Shown: in pieces, positions 13,497-26,873 of the stretch
Position numbering within the stretch: position 1 is the first letter of the stretch
Layout: each line of letters begins with the position of its first letter
Made by a program: the position numbers and the translations under genes
Notes under the pieces: generated by a model
The model's input: the letters and a program-made list of their open reading frames with translations, nothing else
Databases searched by the model: none
What the model was told of the DNA's origin: nothing
Assembly (NCBI GenBank): GCA_964016885.1
Contig: OZ024749.1
Location: 54,064,001-54,128,000 of the forward strand
From: Eledone cirrhosa
Taxonomy: Eukaryota
Direction of reading: 5' to 3'
DNA: 64,000 nt

Positions 13497-14050
13497 TTAA
13501 CCCTTTAACATTTACATTACTCTATATATACTATTGTATTTTCACAGTAAAGGCTTTACCTCACATAATATCTCACATAAGATTTACATTACTCTATATA
13601 TACTATTGTATTTTCACAGTAAAGGCTTTACCTCACATAATATCTCACATAACATTTACATTACTCTATATATACTATTGTATTTTCACAGTAAAGGCTT
13701 TACCTCACATAACATTTACATTACTCTATATATACTATTGTATTTTCACAGTAAAGGCTTTACCTCACATAATATCTCACATAACATTTACATTACTCTA
13801 TATATACTATTGTATTTTCACAGTAAAGGCTTTACCTCACATAATATCTCACATAACATTTACATTACTCTATATATACTATTGTATTGTCATGGTAAAA
13901 CACTTTACCTCACATAATATCGAATCTATGAGATTTTGATATTATTTATTTTGAAAACAATATCTCAACATCAGTATGAGCAGCTGGTTATGGCCAGTTT
14001 GAACAGAAAGAGGTGAAAGAATTCTGGCCAGATACAGTTTTAATGTCTTG
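13497..14050 (+). mobile_element. piggyBac-like MITE (family 1) with about 6-fold internal amplification of a 72-bp subterminal unit
   Basis: TTAA|CCCTTTAACATTTAC start; body matches 26196-26416; right end degraded. Confidence 0.85.
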
Positions 14051-14274
14051 TAACAATTTAGTAGAAAATATCTTTTAAACAGCCCTAAAATACAACCATA
14101 TTTGTTAATTCAAATGTTTATAGTATCTTTTCTAGTGGACAGATTATTGTGGACATTTGTGGTAAAGTAAAGGTTTAATGTTTAAATGTATAATACAAGT
14201 GGGATGGTCATGGTTAGAATGGAATGTCTGGTCATATTTCTGTTAGATCAGGACTGACCTGTGGCTAAACAACA

Positions 14275-14715
14275 TCAACCACTACTACTACTACTGCCAA
14301 CACTACTACAAGTACTACCACCACTGGTACCCACACTACAACTACTACTACTATCACTACCACCCCTAACACCACCACTAACACCACAACCACTACCACT
14401 ACTACCACCACCACCGCCACTACAACCACTACTACCACTACTAGCACCACAACCACCACCAGTATCACCACTACTGGCTGTACCTCTGCCACAACAACCA
14501 CTACTACCACCACCACAATCACTATCACCACCACAATCACCAAACCACCACCAGTGTCACCACTAGCACCCCACTACCACCTCCACCACCACTAGCACTG
14601 CCCACTACAACCACTACTAGCACCACAACCACCACCACCATCACCACAACCTCCATTATCACCACTACTGGTGGTACCTCTGCACACCACCACCACAACA
14701 TCACCCCAACAACTA
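14275..14715. repeat. Degenerate (CCA/CTA)n repeat
   Basis: Directly visible. Confidence 0.9.
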
Positions 14716-15301
14716 AACCAGTGTAAAGCAAGCAGTTTGTATAAACGAAGCAACAGAAAGATTTTCTTTCAAGCTTAAAATGACTTAATGCTAATTTTCC
14801 CTCTTTGAGTTTTCCCCAAGAAGAAGACGAAGGAAAGACTGTTTCTACTGATGTAATCTCATTAAAACTCACAGACATAGATGATGCCTGTATGATCAAC
14901 ATACTTTATATACAACAACAACAACAAAATAAATATTCAAACATATTGATTGTATAAAAATAAAACGTAATTTCTAATTAATGCCTTCCTATGAAGTATA
15001 TATATCATTAAATCACTCGTTAATTCACTCGTTAAATTGCACAAGAGCAAAGAATTTAGCATTAGGTCAACAAGTGTGTTATTTTGATTATTTATTATTA
15101 TTATTATTATTTTTATTATTTTTATTTTCTTCTTGACTGTTAACTGATGATTATTAAATAGGAACGGTTCTATTTTTGGCAAAAGTTTGGTTCTCAGGGC
15201 AATGGCGTCATATCTATCAGAAAGTTTAACATTAGATTAATTTTATTTATACTAGTGGACCTGTGCTGTAGATAATAATGGCAACAGCACAGAGTGTACT
15301 T

Positions 15302-16292
15302 AGGATTGGTATGTCATATATACCAGGGCTGGTATGTCATATATACCAGGGCTGGTATGTCATATATACCAGGGCTGGTATGTCATATATACCAGGGTTG
15401 GTATGTCATATATACCAGGGTTGGTATGTCATATATACCAGGGCTGGTATGTCATATATACCAGGGCTGGTATGTCATATATACCAGGGTTGGTATGTCA
15501 TATATACCAGGGCTGGTATGTCATATATACCAGGGCTGGTATGTCATATATACCAGGATTGGTATACCATATATACCAGGGCTGGTATGTCATATATACC
15601 AGGGTTGGTATGTCATATATACCAGGGCTGGTATGTCATATATACCAGGGTTGGTATGTCATATATACCAGGATTGGTATGTCATATATACCAGGGTTGG
15701 TATGTCATATATACCAGGGTTGGTATGTCATATATACCAGGGTTGGTATGTCATATATACCAGGGTTGGTATGTCATATATACCAGGGTTGGTATGTCAT
15801 ATATACCAGGGTTGGTATGTCATATATACCAAGGCTGGTATGTCATATATACCAGGGTTGGTATACCATATATACCAGGGCTGGTATGTCATATATACCA
15901 GGGTTGGTATGTCATATATACCAGGGCTGGTATGTCATATATACCAGGATTGGTATGTCATATATACCAGGGTTGGTATACCATATATACCAGGGCTGGT
16001 ATGTCATATATACCAGGGCTGGTATGTCATATATACCAGGGTTGGTATGTCATATATACCAGGGTTGGTATGTCATATATACCAGGGCTGGTATGTCATA
16101 TATACCAGGGCTGGTATGTCATATATACCAGGGCTGGTATGTCATATATACCAGGGTTGGTATGTCATATATACCAGGGCTGGTATGTCATATATACCAG
16201 GGTTGGTATGTCATATATACCAGGGCTGGTATGTCATATATACCAGGGCTGGTATGTCATATATACCAGGGCTGGTATGTCATATATACCAG
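15302..16292. repeat. 23-bp minisatellite GGG(C/T)TGGTATGTCATATATACCA, about 43 copies
   Basis: The 23-aa periodicity of three overlapping ORFs equals 3 x 23 bp; each unit holds a TGGTAT...ATACCA inverted repeat. Confidence 0.97.
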
Positions 16293-16644
16293 AACTACTG
16301 GATATATGAACAATTGTAAAAACTGGGAATTTTATGTATTGATAAATAGTTTGTATAATAGGAACCCTGTATTTTATGCTCGTAACTGACACTTGGATTA
16401 TTTCTAGGATATAATTATTTAAATATTCAGCATGTATGACAGATAAGATTAAATGTAGGAGTAACTTTGGTGTAACTTATAACTATTTACAAGGACAAAT
16501 GTAGGGTTAGAACCCAGGACCTTGTGATTGGAAAACAAACTTCTTATTGTAGCAACATGACTGAGATAGGAATTGGATTGTATGAATATGTGTGTAAGTT
16601 TTAAAGAGTTACATAAAAGATATATACATCATCATCATCATATG

Positions 16645-16948
16645 TTTACGTTTGTACCAATACAGTCTTCTCTCTTGTACACCACCTTGGATTCTTCTTA
16701 AACTGAGTTTCTCTGCTTAGTTCATCCAAGCTCTGCCTTTCTCTCACATTCACATTGCACATCCAACAAAGCATGGTTGCTTCATTTCTCTCCAGGCTAG
16801 GCTTGTTCTCTCCAGCCACAAAGGGTTTCTCGCTATGTCCTTTTGTAGTAAGGAGAAACCTTTTGTTGCCAACAGTGGGAGTAGCTCTCCAAACTTTTTC
16901 CATCCTATTCTTATTCTAGCTATTAATCTCTCAGAACACCCTCCTCAG
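16645..16948 (-). mobile_element. RTE-clade LINE ORF fragment (deleted, frameshifted)
   Basis: GGCSERLIARIRIGWKKFGELLPLLATKGFS and LERNEATMLCWMCNVNVRERQS are typical post-RT RTE motifs. Confidence 0.8.
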
Positions 16949-17554
16949 GCATATCATTATTGCTGATATTATCATCATCATCTGTTTTATGGTTTTTCTC
17001 TGTTGGCATGTATTAGGTAAGGTTTTGTTTTTTTTAAAACAGTTTTCTATAACTTAACGCCCATCCTGATGTCAACCACAACTTTACTTTTAAGTATAGG
17101 CAATAATTTAATAGCAATGGTTCTATTTGGGGAAAAGCAGGTTTCTCAGGATATTAGTGTCAGTTATAACAGAAAATTTATCATTAGACTTATAGCAGGA
17201 AGACACTTCAGCTGTGTCAAAGACCTGATAACCTCCCTAGTGTTGATGGCTTATACCCTAAACACACCCAACCCATTCTTGTAAAATGATTGATGATTGG
17301 AAGGATATACAACTGGAAAGAAACTGCCAAAATGGTTGGGAGGACTCTACAGTTGTGTTGTGACAACTTCCTTTCTAATAAGTAAACAATACAACAGAAC
17401 TAACCATTGCATGACCAAATTTCTAACAGAATACACTCCATTTTAATTAATTAATTAATGAAGAATTTTGAGGGATTTATTAAAATTATTAATTATTTCA
17501 TAACAAATAACCATAAAAAATAGCTGTTAAATATCCTTTATACCCCAACGTATG

Positions 17555-17795
17555 GATCGTTTATAACACTATGTCAGAAGATTTTTATTTAAATAGGAAC
17601 CCTTTAAAATGGGTTGTATGGTCTCAGAACAGAACCTGTTTGGGCTGGGTTAATATCTAAAGATTCTAATTTCTGGTCCTTATATAAAACTATTTTAGAA
17701 GATTGTAATTTAAATAGGAACCCTTTAAAATGGATGGTTTTGTCTCATAGAATGAGAACCAGTTTGGGCTGGGTTAGTATGAAAAGGTTTAAATC
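17555..17795. repeat. Two diverged tandem copies of about 120 bp
   Basis: ATTTAAATAGGAACCCTTTAAAATGG and GTTTGGGCTGGGTTA each occur twice. Confidence 0.8.
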
Positions 17796-17822
17796 CCTAG
17801 GGTGGGAGTAGAGAGTGAGTGT

Positions 17823-17965
17823 TGAAGATGGGGTGTTGAGGGTGGCAGTGAAGATGGGGTGTTGAGGGTGGCAGTGAGGTTGGGGTGTTGAGGGTGGCAG
17901 TGAAGATGGGGTGTTGAGGGTGGCAGTGAAGATGGGGTGTTGAGGGTGGCAGTGAAGATGGGGTG
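17823..17965. repeat. 26-bp G-rich minisatellite GAAGATGGGGTGTTGAGGGTGGCAGT, about 5.5 copies
   Basis: Directly visible. Confidence 0.92.
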
Positions 17966-18196
17966 GGTGGAGATAGGGTGGACATTGTTCAAACACATTC
18001 TTTAAAACAAAACAAAACCCAATTTATACTAAAATAAATTCTACTTCCTCATTTCTATAAACAAACACTTGTTATATTGAATGACAAAGTGAAGACAGAA
18101 GGCTTATCAGCATCATTTTATATTTACATATAAATATATATATATATATACATGAGGTTGGGTGTACACATATGTATACACCCAACCTAATACACA

Positions 18197-18235
<39 letters not shown>

Positions 18236-18242
18236 ACATATG

Positions 18243-18387
18243 CAGTAGAGGAAGACCACAAAAAACATGGGCTGAGGTGGTGAGAGCAGACCTTAGATGG
18301 CTGAAACTCACGGAGGAGAGATGCTGAGCTGAATAGAACGCGTCCCACCCTTGCAAGCAGGGAAAAGCAGACGTAAAATGATGATGT
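18243..18387 (+). mobile_element. RTE LINE extreme 3' end
   Basis: RGRPQKTWAEVVRADLRWLKLTEE, then CCCTTGCAAGCAGGGAAAAG...(GAT)n tail. Confidence 0.8.
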
Positions 18388-18488
18388 GTATATATATACA
18401 TACCCCCCCCCCCCCCACACACACTCTCAAGCGTGAACCTAATACTAACACTTTGTACTGTACTCTTCGTTATTGTTTTTGTTTTAAC

Positions 18489-18534
<46 letters not shown>

Positions 18535-18599
18535 TCATCATCATCATCATCGTCGGTTAATGTTTATCTTCCACGTGATCATGGGTTAGACAGTGTATA

Positions 18600-18600
18600 G

Positions 18601-18652
<52 letters not shown>

Positions 18653-18718
18653 ATATATATACACACATATCTATACACACACAGACTCACACACATATAC
18701 ATATATATACATATACAT

Positions 18719-18751
<33 letters not shown>

Positions 18752-18876
18752 CATATACATATACATATATATACATATACATATATATATATACATATAC
18801 ATATATATACATATATATATATATACATATACATATATATATATATACATATACATATATATATATATACATATAC

Positions 18877-18907
<31 letters not shown>

Positions 18908-19200
18908 CATATACATATATATATATATACATATACATATATATATATACATATACATATATATATATACATATATATATATACATATACATATATATAT
19001 ATACATATATATATATATACATATACATATATATACATATACATATATATATATATACATATACATATATATATATATACATATACATATATATATATAC
19101 ATATACATATATATATATACATATACATATATATATATACATATATATATATATACATATACATATATATACATATACATATACATATATATACATATAC

Positions 19201-19231
<31 letters not shown>

Positions 19232-19300
19232 CATATACATATATATATATACATATACATATATATATATATACATATATATATATACATATATATATAT
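18600..19300. repeat. (TA/TACATA)n array
   Basis: Directly visible. Confidence 0.95.
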
Positions 19301-19457
19301 TGCTAGTTTAGAGTGAAATTGAAGAGATGTGTTTCTGTAAGTTTCCAGAAGACCTCTGATAACAATCAGCCTCTAACAATGTCACTGCTGTTTAGTGTTA
19401 ACAGTCTGGCTGAGGAGCAAACATGGGAGATAAAGAATGGAACAAAACATTTGCTGT

Positions 19458-20082
19458 AATAATGCTTTCTACTTTTGGCACAAGGCCAGCAATTACCCAG
19501 TACATTACTGGTACTTTATTTTAATGACCCTCTGTAAGGATGAAAGGCAAAGGTAAAAGTGATAATAATTGTTTCTACTTTTGGCACAAGGCCAGCAATT
19601 ACCCAGTACATTACTGGTACTTTATTTTAATGACCCTCTGTAAGGATGAAAGGCAAAGGTAAAAGTGATAATAATTGTTTCAACTTTTGGCACAAGGCCA
19701 GCAATTACCCAGTGTATTACTGGTACTTTATTTTAATGACCCTCTGTAAGGATGAAAGGCAAAGTTAACCTCGGCAGGATTTGAACTCAGATCATAAAGG
19801 GCCGTAACTCTATGCTGCAAAGCATGGTGTCCGACCTTCTACCGATACTGCCAATCTACATTTACTGTAATAATGCTTTCTGATTTAGGCACAAGGCCAG
19901 CAATTTTGTGAAGAGAGGTCAAAGGTGATTATATAGACTACCCAGTACATTACTGGTACTTTATTTTATTGATCTCCCCACCCCACTTTGGTGACATTTG
20001 AACGCAGAATGTAAAGGGATGTAACTATAGGCTGTAAAACATGGTGTCTGACGCTCTACCGATTATTGACAATCCACCACCC
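19458..20082 (-). mobile_element. SINE-A with tandemly triplicated 3' half, followed by a variant copy
   Basis: About 107-bp unit carrying the private variant GACCCTCTGTAAGG three times. Confidence 0.88.
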
Positions 20083-20084
20083 TA

Positions 20085-20487
20085 ATGATGATGATGGTGG
20101 TAGTGGTGGTGTTAGTGGTGGTGGTAGTGGTGGTGGTGCCGGTAGTAATGGTAGTGGTGATAGTGGTGGTGGTGTTGGTAGTAGTAGTAGTGGTGGCAGA
20201 AGTGGCATTGGTGGTAGTAGTGGTGGTGGTTGTAGTGGCAGTGGTGGTAGTAGTAGTAGTAGTGGTGGTGGTGGCAGTGGTGGTAGTAGTGGCAGTGGTG
20301 GTAGTAGTAGTAGTGGTGGTCGAAGTGGCAGTGGTGGTAGTAGTAGTGGCAGTGGTGATGGTAGTAGTGGCAGTGGTAGTAGTAGTGGTGGTAGTGGTAA
20401 TAGTAGTAGTGGTGGCAGTAGTAGTGTGGTAGTAGTAGAAGTAGTGGTGGTGGCAGCAGTGGTGGTGGTGGTAGAAGTAGTGGTAGT
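20085..20487. repeat. (GGT/AGT)n repeat
   Basis: Source of the G/S-, T- and V-rich ORFs. Confidence 0.95.
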
Positions 20488-21416
20488 CTTGGTGGGAAGG
20501 CACATTCCCCTCTCCACCATCCCCAAGTAGCTTAGTTTCCTTTGTCTAGCTTTGTTTCTTTTAAATATATATACAACAGCAATCAAATTCTGGGTAGCAA
20601 TTAGAGCAATGCTCATTAAGAAATAATTAAGAATATAATTAGTTCTTTTGAAAAGCTTATTACTTTTGTTTTCTTGAAAACATTAGAAAGCATAGATGGA
20701 AGTATATAACCTTCTCTCTTAGTACAAACCATGCAAATTCTACAACCAATATATTAAAAATATTGTCAATGTTAATTAGAAAGATTTAATTAATATTCAT
20801 ATCAAGAGAAAAATATTTGGAATATATATATATATATATATGTATGTCTATATTTATGTGTTTATATATAATATATATATATGTGTGTGTTTGTGTGTAT
20901 TTTTATATATATATATATATATATAGTCTATATTTATGTGTGTGTTTTTATATATATCCGTACATACATATATATACATGTATATGTGTGTCTGTGTATA
21001 TATATATATATATATGTCTATATTTATGTGTGTGTTTTATATATATCCGTACATACATATATATACATGTATATGTGTGTCTGTGTATATATATATATAT
21101 ATGTCTATATTTATGTGTGTGTTTTATATATATCCGTACATACATATATATACATATACATGTGTGTCTGTGTGTGTATATATATATATATATATACATA
21201 TATATGTGTGTCTGTGTATATATATATATAATTATATATGTAATATATATAATATGAACAACAACAAAACCACAATACAAACGAGAAAGACATTAATCTG
21301 CTGGAAGTATAAAGTGAAAAGTAGAAAGATTAATTTTCTTTTAGCTCTCAGAAATTATTTCCATGGCAACAGCAGAATAAGGTATGTGTGTGTATATATA
21401 TATATATATATGCATA

Positions 21417-21602
21417 TCATCATCATCATCATCATCGTTTAACGTCCATCTTCCATGCTAGCATGGGTTGGACGGGAGTTGACCCACTTAAGGCAAGGTT
21501 GGTCGGGTGACTGTGTCTCGAGATATATATATATATATGTATATCATCATCATCATCATCATCATTTTACGTTCACTTTTCCCTGCTTGCAAGTGTTGGA
21601 CA
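21417..21602 (-). mobile_element. Two short RTE/SINE tail fragments
   Basis: (CAT)n-CGTTTAACGTCC...CCATGCTAGCATGGGTTGG and TTTTCCCTGCTTGCAAG. Confidence 0.8.
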
Positions 21603-21612
21603 TATGTGTATA

Positions 21613-21670
<58 letters not shown>

Positions 21671-21793
21671 GGTAAACATTGATGCAATTCAATTCAAGCA
21701 CTCAACGTACTTTTTCCACATAGGAGTGACGGAGTAAATATCGAATAAGGAAAAGCGAAGTAGTTTCAGATGTTCAAGTCCTTTAATAATAAT

Positions 21794-21867
21794 GCTGTGA
21801 TATATATTTCAATGACGACACTGGCCACACTGTTCTGTGTGCGAGTGTCGTGACATCATCAGACAGC
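21794..21867 (-). ncRNA. Type I hammerhead ribozyme motif in a Penelope-like fragment (about 21668-21875)
   Basis: GCTGT-CTGATGA-tgtc-ACGACACT...AGTGTCGT-catt-GAAA-tatata-TC-ACAGC: perfect 5-bp stem I, AUC cleavage triplet. Confidence 0.7.
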
Positions 21868-22073
21868 TTGTTACATAATATATATATATTGTTATATTTG
21901 GGAAGGATCATATTGTTATAATATTGCCAGAAATAATAATAAAACACACTCACTGTTTCGTTTGGATTGGTTTTCGTGTCTCTACACTTTATATCCCCTC
22001 AGTTAATTTAGCTGGCAATCAATGTTTATCATTGATTGACCAACAGTTAAAAATATAGATATGAATATATATA

Positions 22074-22125
22074 TAGTCTATCAAAGTTCTTTCATCACAC
22101 ACCTGCGACATCATCAGTGGTACTA
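22074..22125 (-). ncRNA. Decayed type I hammerhead motif
   Basis: TAGTACCA-CTGATGA-t-GTCGCA-ggtg-TGTGAT-GAAA-gaac-TT-TGATAGACTA; stem II 6 bp with G-U pairs, stem I imperfect. Confidence 0.5.
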
Positions 22126-22174
22126 TTATGTTTCCTCCCGATGTATTGCAATGTCTACACAATTTTTATTTGGT

Positions 22175-22330
22175 ATTTTATAAGGTATTGTTCTCAAAAT
22201 AAATAATTGAAATCTCATAGATTCCATATTATGTGAGGTAAAGCCTTTACCATGAAATTATGTGAGGTAAAGCCTTTATCATGAAAATATAATAGTAAAT
22301 ATAGAGTAATGTAAATACTAAAGGGTTGAA
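22175..22330 (-). mobile_element. piggyBac-like MITE family 1, partial
   Basis: ATGTGAGGTAAAGCCTTTA...GTAAATACTAAAGGGTT end. Confidence 0.8.
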
Positions 22331-22705
22331 CTAAGTCTGTGCTCTCCACTAGCAGTTAAACAACCTGTTGGAGCTCTCCATTACCTGTCTACACACCTCA
22401 CAATTAGTTAAACTACCTGAGCTCTCCACTGGTAGTTAAACCACTTGTCTAAGCTCTCCATAACTTATTAGATTACCTGTCTACACATCTCACAATTAGT
22501 TAAACTACCTGAGCTCTCCAGTGGTAGTTAAACCACATATCTAAGCTCTCCATAACTTAGATTACCTGTCTACACACCTCACAGTTAGTTAAACTACCTG
22601 AACTCTCCACTGGTAGTTAAACCACATGCTGGAGCTCTCCATAACTTAGATTACCTGTCTACACATCTCAGAATTAGTTAAGCTAAGTCTCTGCTCTCCA
22701 CTGGG
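22331..22705. repeat. About 87-90-bp tandem repeat (about 4 copies) built from about 29-bp subunits
   Basis: Recurrent TAGTTAAAC...GCTCTCCA and ATTACCTGTCTACACA. Confidence 0.85.
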
Positions 22706-22811
22706 AGTTTAAAAGCAGAAATCAATATTTTGCTGTTAGTCTGGAGTTGAGAAGTCTCCATAAATATTAATTAGGTTCTAATGAAAACTAAACTTTATCT
22801 AAATCGCTCCA

Positions 22812-23140
22812 CTTCCTCTCTCCCTTTCTCTCTCTCTTTCTCTGTTTGTTTGTATCTCTCACTGTCTCCCTCTCTACTCGCTCTGCCTGTCTCTTTCTGT
22901 TTGTATCTCTCACTCTCTCTCTCTCCTCCCTCTGTCTGTTTGTGTCTGAATCTCTCACTCTCTCCCCCCCTCTGTCTGTTTCAGTCTGCATCTCTTTCCT
23001 GTCTTTCTCTCTCTCCTTCCTCTGCATCTCTCCCTCACTCTCTCTCCATCTCTCTCTCCTCCCTCTCTACCTGTCTCCCTCTATCTCTCTCCTCCCCATC
23101 TATCTATCTCCCTTCTTATCTCTCTCCCCCTCTCACTCTT
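22812..23140. repeat. (CT)n-rich tract
   Basis: Directly visible. Confidence 0.9.
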
Positions 23141-23559
23141 CCAACATCTGAACACTTCAAAACTGATGACATTATGTGTAAACAAAACACCAGAAACACT
23201 ACAGACTTCAGTTCTACCAAACCACATAATTAAATGTCAGGGGTGGGTGGGCGGGGGAAGAGACGAAGAGGAGGGGGAAGAGTCGAAGAGGAGGGGGAAG
23301 AGACGATGGGGAGGGGTGGGAAAGGGTGGGAGGGGTGTAAAATGTCATTAAAGAAATCACTGCTGTTCATTTATTTATTCATTTATTTATTTATTTAAAA
23401 AAGTATCATTACTACTGTTGCTACCACCACCACCACCACCACCACTACTATTACTACTACTACCACCACTACTACCACTACTACTATTATTATTGTTGTT
23501 ATTATCATTATCGATGTTCTTAGCTCAGTTATCAGAATGTTGTTAGAATCTTGAAAAAC

Positions 23560-23855
23560 ATGTGTGTGAGTGTGTATGTCTGTTGGTTTGTGTGTATATG
23601 AGTGTGTGTTTGTGTGAGTGTATGTATGTGTGTGAGTGTGTATGTCTGTTGGTTTGTGTGTATATGAGTGTGTGTTTGTGAGACTGTATGTATGTGTGTG
23701 AGTGTGTATGTCTGTTGGTTTGTGTGTATATGAGTGTGTGTTTGTGAGACTGTATGTATGTGTGTGTGTATGAGTGTGTGTTTGTGTGACTGTATGTATG
23801 TGTGTCAGTGTGTATGTCTGTTGGTTTGTGTGTGTATGAGTGTGTGTTTGTGTAT
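23560..23855. repeat. GT-rich complex tandem repeat
   Basis: GTCTGTTGGTTTGTGTGT four times. Confidence 0.88.
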
Positions 23856-23964
23856 TCTTTGAGATTTATTTCAGTTGTTCACCAGAGTCCAAGCCAGCCA
23901 CTAAATACCTGACAAGAATTTCTTGTTTGACTCCAGATAATTCTTGAGGAATTGGACATAAATA

Positions 23965-24160
23965 TGTGAGTGGGCTGAAAGGTTCATAGGAGGCTGACTA
24001 TGAAGGAGTGATGTTAGAGCTGTGAAATCCTGCATTAATTAAACTCTTCTTATTAATAACTGCATTGTTTCTTTCCAGGGATTATGTTGAAAATTATACC
24101 CCATTTGGTCATTCCATGAGAGTATCTTGGTCAACCTATGAACATTTCAGCCGACTCTTG
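23965..24160. mobile_element. mariner-type MITE
   Basis: TA-flanked; TIR GGCTGAAAGGTTCATAGG ... CCTATGAACATTTCAGCC; homologous to 60867-61064. Confidence 0.8.
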
Positions 24161-24469
24161 TATGTGAGTGAGTTAAATATGTATTTAAGTTGTATGTATA
24201 AGTGTATGAGAGAAAAATAATTGAATGAAAGTGTGAGAGAGAGGGAGAGAGAGGCTGAGTGAGAGAGAGGGGTGAGGGAGAGAGAGAGAGAGATAGAATT
24301 GCATGTATATTTATGAAGGCAAGAGCAGAAGTATAAAAGAGAAAGACAGAAAGAGAACAAGTGAAATGTTATACAAATATGTGTGTGTATATATATATAT
24401 ATATATACACATATATGTGTGTGTGTGTGTATATGTATATATGTGTGTGTATATATATATACATAAGTG

Positions 24470-24924
24470 TGGAGAGATGCCATGCTGAGAAGGATCCGTC
24501 CAACCCATGCAAGTGTGGAAAAGCGGATGTGAAAATGATGATGATATATATATATATATATATATAATAGTATATACATATATATATATATATAATAGTA
24601 TATACATATATATATATATATATATAATAGTATATACATATATATATATATATATAATAGTATATACATATATATATATATATAATAGTATATACATATA
24701 TATATATATATATATAATTGTTTCTACTTTAGGCACAAGGCCAGCAATTACCCAGTGCATTACTGGTACTTTATTTTATCGACCCCGAAGGATGAAAGGC
24801 AAATAGTATATACATATATATATATCATCATCATCATCATTTTACGTCCGCTTTTCCCTGCTTGCAAGGGTGGGACGGGAACTGATTCTGGCTTGATTTC
24901 TACAGCTGGATGCCCTTCCTAACA

Positions 24925-24927
<3 letters not shown>
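24470..24927. mobile_element. Cluster of short RTE-tail, SINE-A and SINE-B fragments among TA repeats
   Basis: 24470-24545 plus-strand tail; 24716-24803 SINE-A 3' half; 24826-24927 minus-strand tail. Confidence 0.8.
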
Positions 24928-24958
<31 letters not shown>

Positions 24959-25087
24959 GTATATATATATATATATATATAATAGTATATATATATATAT
25001 ATATATAATAGTATATACACATATATATATATATAATAGTATATATATATATATATATAATAATAATAGTATATATATATATAATAG

Positions 25088-25118
<31 letters not shown>

Positions 25119-25847
25119 CCTGTATTAGTCATAACTTAATACTTGGAAATTTACCATAATTTCCAATTTGTAGTGACCACAACCAACTCAGCATAAATAA
25201 ATATATAAACACATATTTGCTTTGCTTTTCAAAAGTACATTGGAAAATAGAGAGTTGATGCCATGGATATGTCTGATTCTAAATAGAGGGATTTTGTTAC
25301 TAGAATATATGAATAATGGTAAGTAGGAGGAATGCCAGGAAAATACTTCTGCAACAAAAATATTTTACTTAAGGAATATTTGTTGCTTGTTACAAGACAT
25401 AGATATTAAACATGGAAGCAGGGGTGTAGAATTATATAAGTGGTTTATGGTTTATATTAGAGTTGGTTAGAGAGGAATTATTACAACACTTGATATTGTA
25501 AAACTATTGGTGGGAACTGTCATATCATATCATACTTCACCACAGCACACTATACGATACCACACCATACCATACCACACTACACCACACCATGCCATAT
25601 GATACCACACCACACCAGCTTAAACAACTTAGAGACCTATCAGAATACCAAATCGTCATCATCATCACAACCAGCCCACCATTACCACCACCACCACCAT
25701 CATAGAATCTACAAGCATCACCATCACTATCATATGGTGCCAACATGTAATTTTGTCTTGCTGTGACTAGCATTATGCTGACTCTAGAATTTAGGATTTA
25801 AAGAGAAAATGTAGGTAGAGTAATCTCTCTCCTCCTCCTTCGCTCAT

Positions 25848-25993
25848 AGATGTTATCCAACCAACTTGCTTGTGGTCCACCCCTTGCCGGTTGGTTTTGC
25901 CTGTAAAATCTGTCCAGCGATTCTTTCTTTGAGATATTCTCACCACATGCCCTTAGTACCGGAGCTGTGATCTCTCAATTCAGACAAGTAGCA
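25848..25993 (-). mobile_element. RTE LINE C-terminal fragment
   Basis: IERSQLRY*GHVVRISQ / RIAGQILQAKPTGK / ASWLDNI with frameshifts. Confidence 0.78.
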
Positions 25994-25996
25994 GCT

Positions 25997-26162
25997 CACA
26001 GTAAATGTGGTTGGCATTAGGAAAGGCATCCAGCCATAGAAACCAAGCCAAAATCAGTTCTGTATAAGAAAGATATGGTCACCTCACCTGGCATTGCTCC
26101 CAACAGGACAACCTGTCTAACCCATGCTAGCATGGAAAAATGGAATTAAACAGTGATGATGG
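25997..26162 (+). mobile_element. RTE/SINE 3' tail
   Basis: GGTTGGCATTAGGAAAGGCATCCAGCC...AACCCATGCTAGCATGG. Confidence 0.8.
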
Positions 26163-26195
26163 TATGTAGTATCGACTGTTTTTTTTCTTTTTTCT

Positions 26196-26416
26196 TTAAC
26201 CCTTTAGCATTTACATTACTTTATATTTACTATTGTATTTTCATGGGAAACACTTTATTTCACATAATTATCACACATTATATAAAGATTTTGATATTAT
26301 TTATTTTGAGAATAATACCTTAACGTTAGTATGAGCAGCCGGTTATGGCCAGTTTAAACAGAAAGAGGTGAGAATATTCTGGCCGGATACAGCCAGTTTA
26401 AATGCTAAAGGGTTAA
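26196..26416 (+). mobile_element. piggyBac-like MITE family 1, complete
   Basis: TTAA|CCCTTTAGCATTTA ... TAAATGCTAAAGGG|TTAA: 14-bp perfect TIR, TTAA target, CCC/GGG ends. Confidence 0.92.
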
Positions 26417-26639
26417 TAAGTGTTATGAAACAATAAATCTTTAATCAGTACCAAGTTGTTTGGTGATATAACCTAGTAAATTCCTCTCCCTACTACCCCT
26501 TCCCCTCTCCCAACCACCCCCACTAACATGTTATTCTACATGGTCACCTACACTAACCAATGATGCCAGGATGTCAAAAATCAAACATTCTATGTAAAGT
26601 TTGACAGGTAACAATGTCCTATATTTATTTATTAACCAT

Positions 26640-26790
26640 ACTACCTACCTACCTACCTAGCCACCTACCCACCTACCTACCTACCTACCTACCTAGCCAC
26701 CTACCCACCTACCTACCTACCTACCTAGCCACCTACCCACCTACCCACCTACCTACCTAGCAACCTACCCACTACCTACCTACCTACCTT
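26640..26790. repeat. (CTAC)n tetranucleotide repeat
   Basis: Directly visible. Confidence 0.95.
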
Positions 26791-26873
26791 CCTTATCCAG
26801 CTGTCTGTCACGCTATGCTACCACTACCAAGAAAGTTAGTTATATTACTAAATCCCTCCAAATTTCAGAAATA

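Noticed and set aside
14740-14900. Possible exon (FPQEEDEGKTVSTDVISLKLTDIDDA on plus, or GIIYVCEF* on minus)
   Set aside because: Splice signals are weak and no protein is recognisable; needs RNA evidence.
20056-20616. Gly/Ser-rich and Pro/Leu-rich ORFs
   Set aside because: Trinucleotide repeat expansion.
21345-21381. 37-nt plus-strand micro-exon (TTTTAG|...AAG|GTATGT) with an X-box-like CCATGGCAAC
   Set aside because: Such motif pairs arise by chance in AT-rich DNA, and the donor overlaps a microsatellite.
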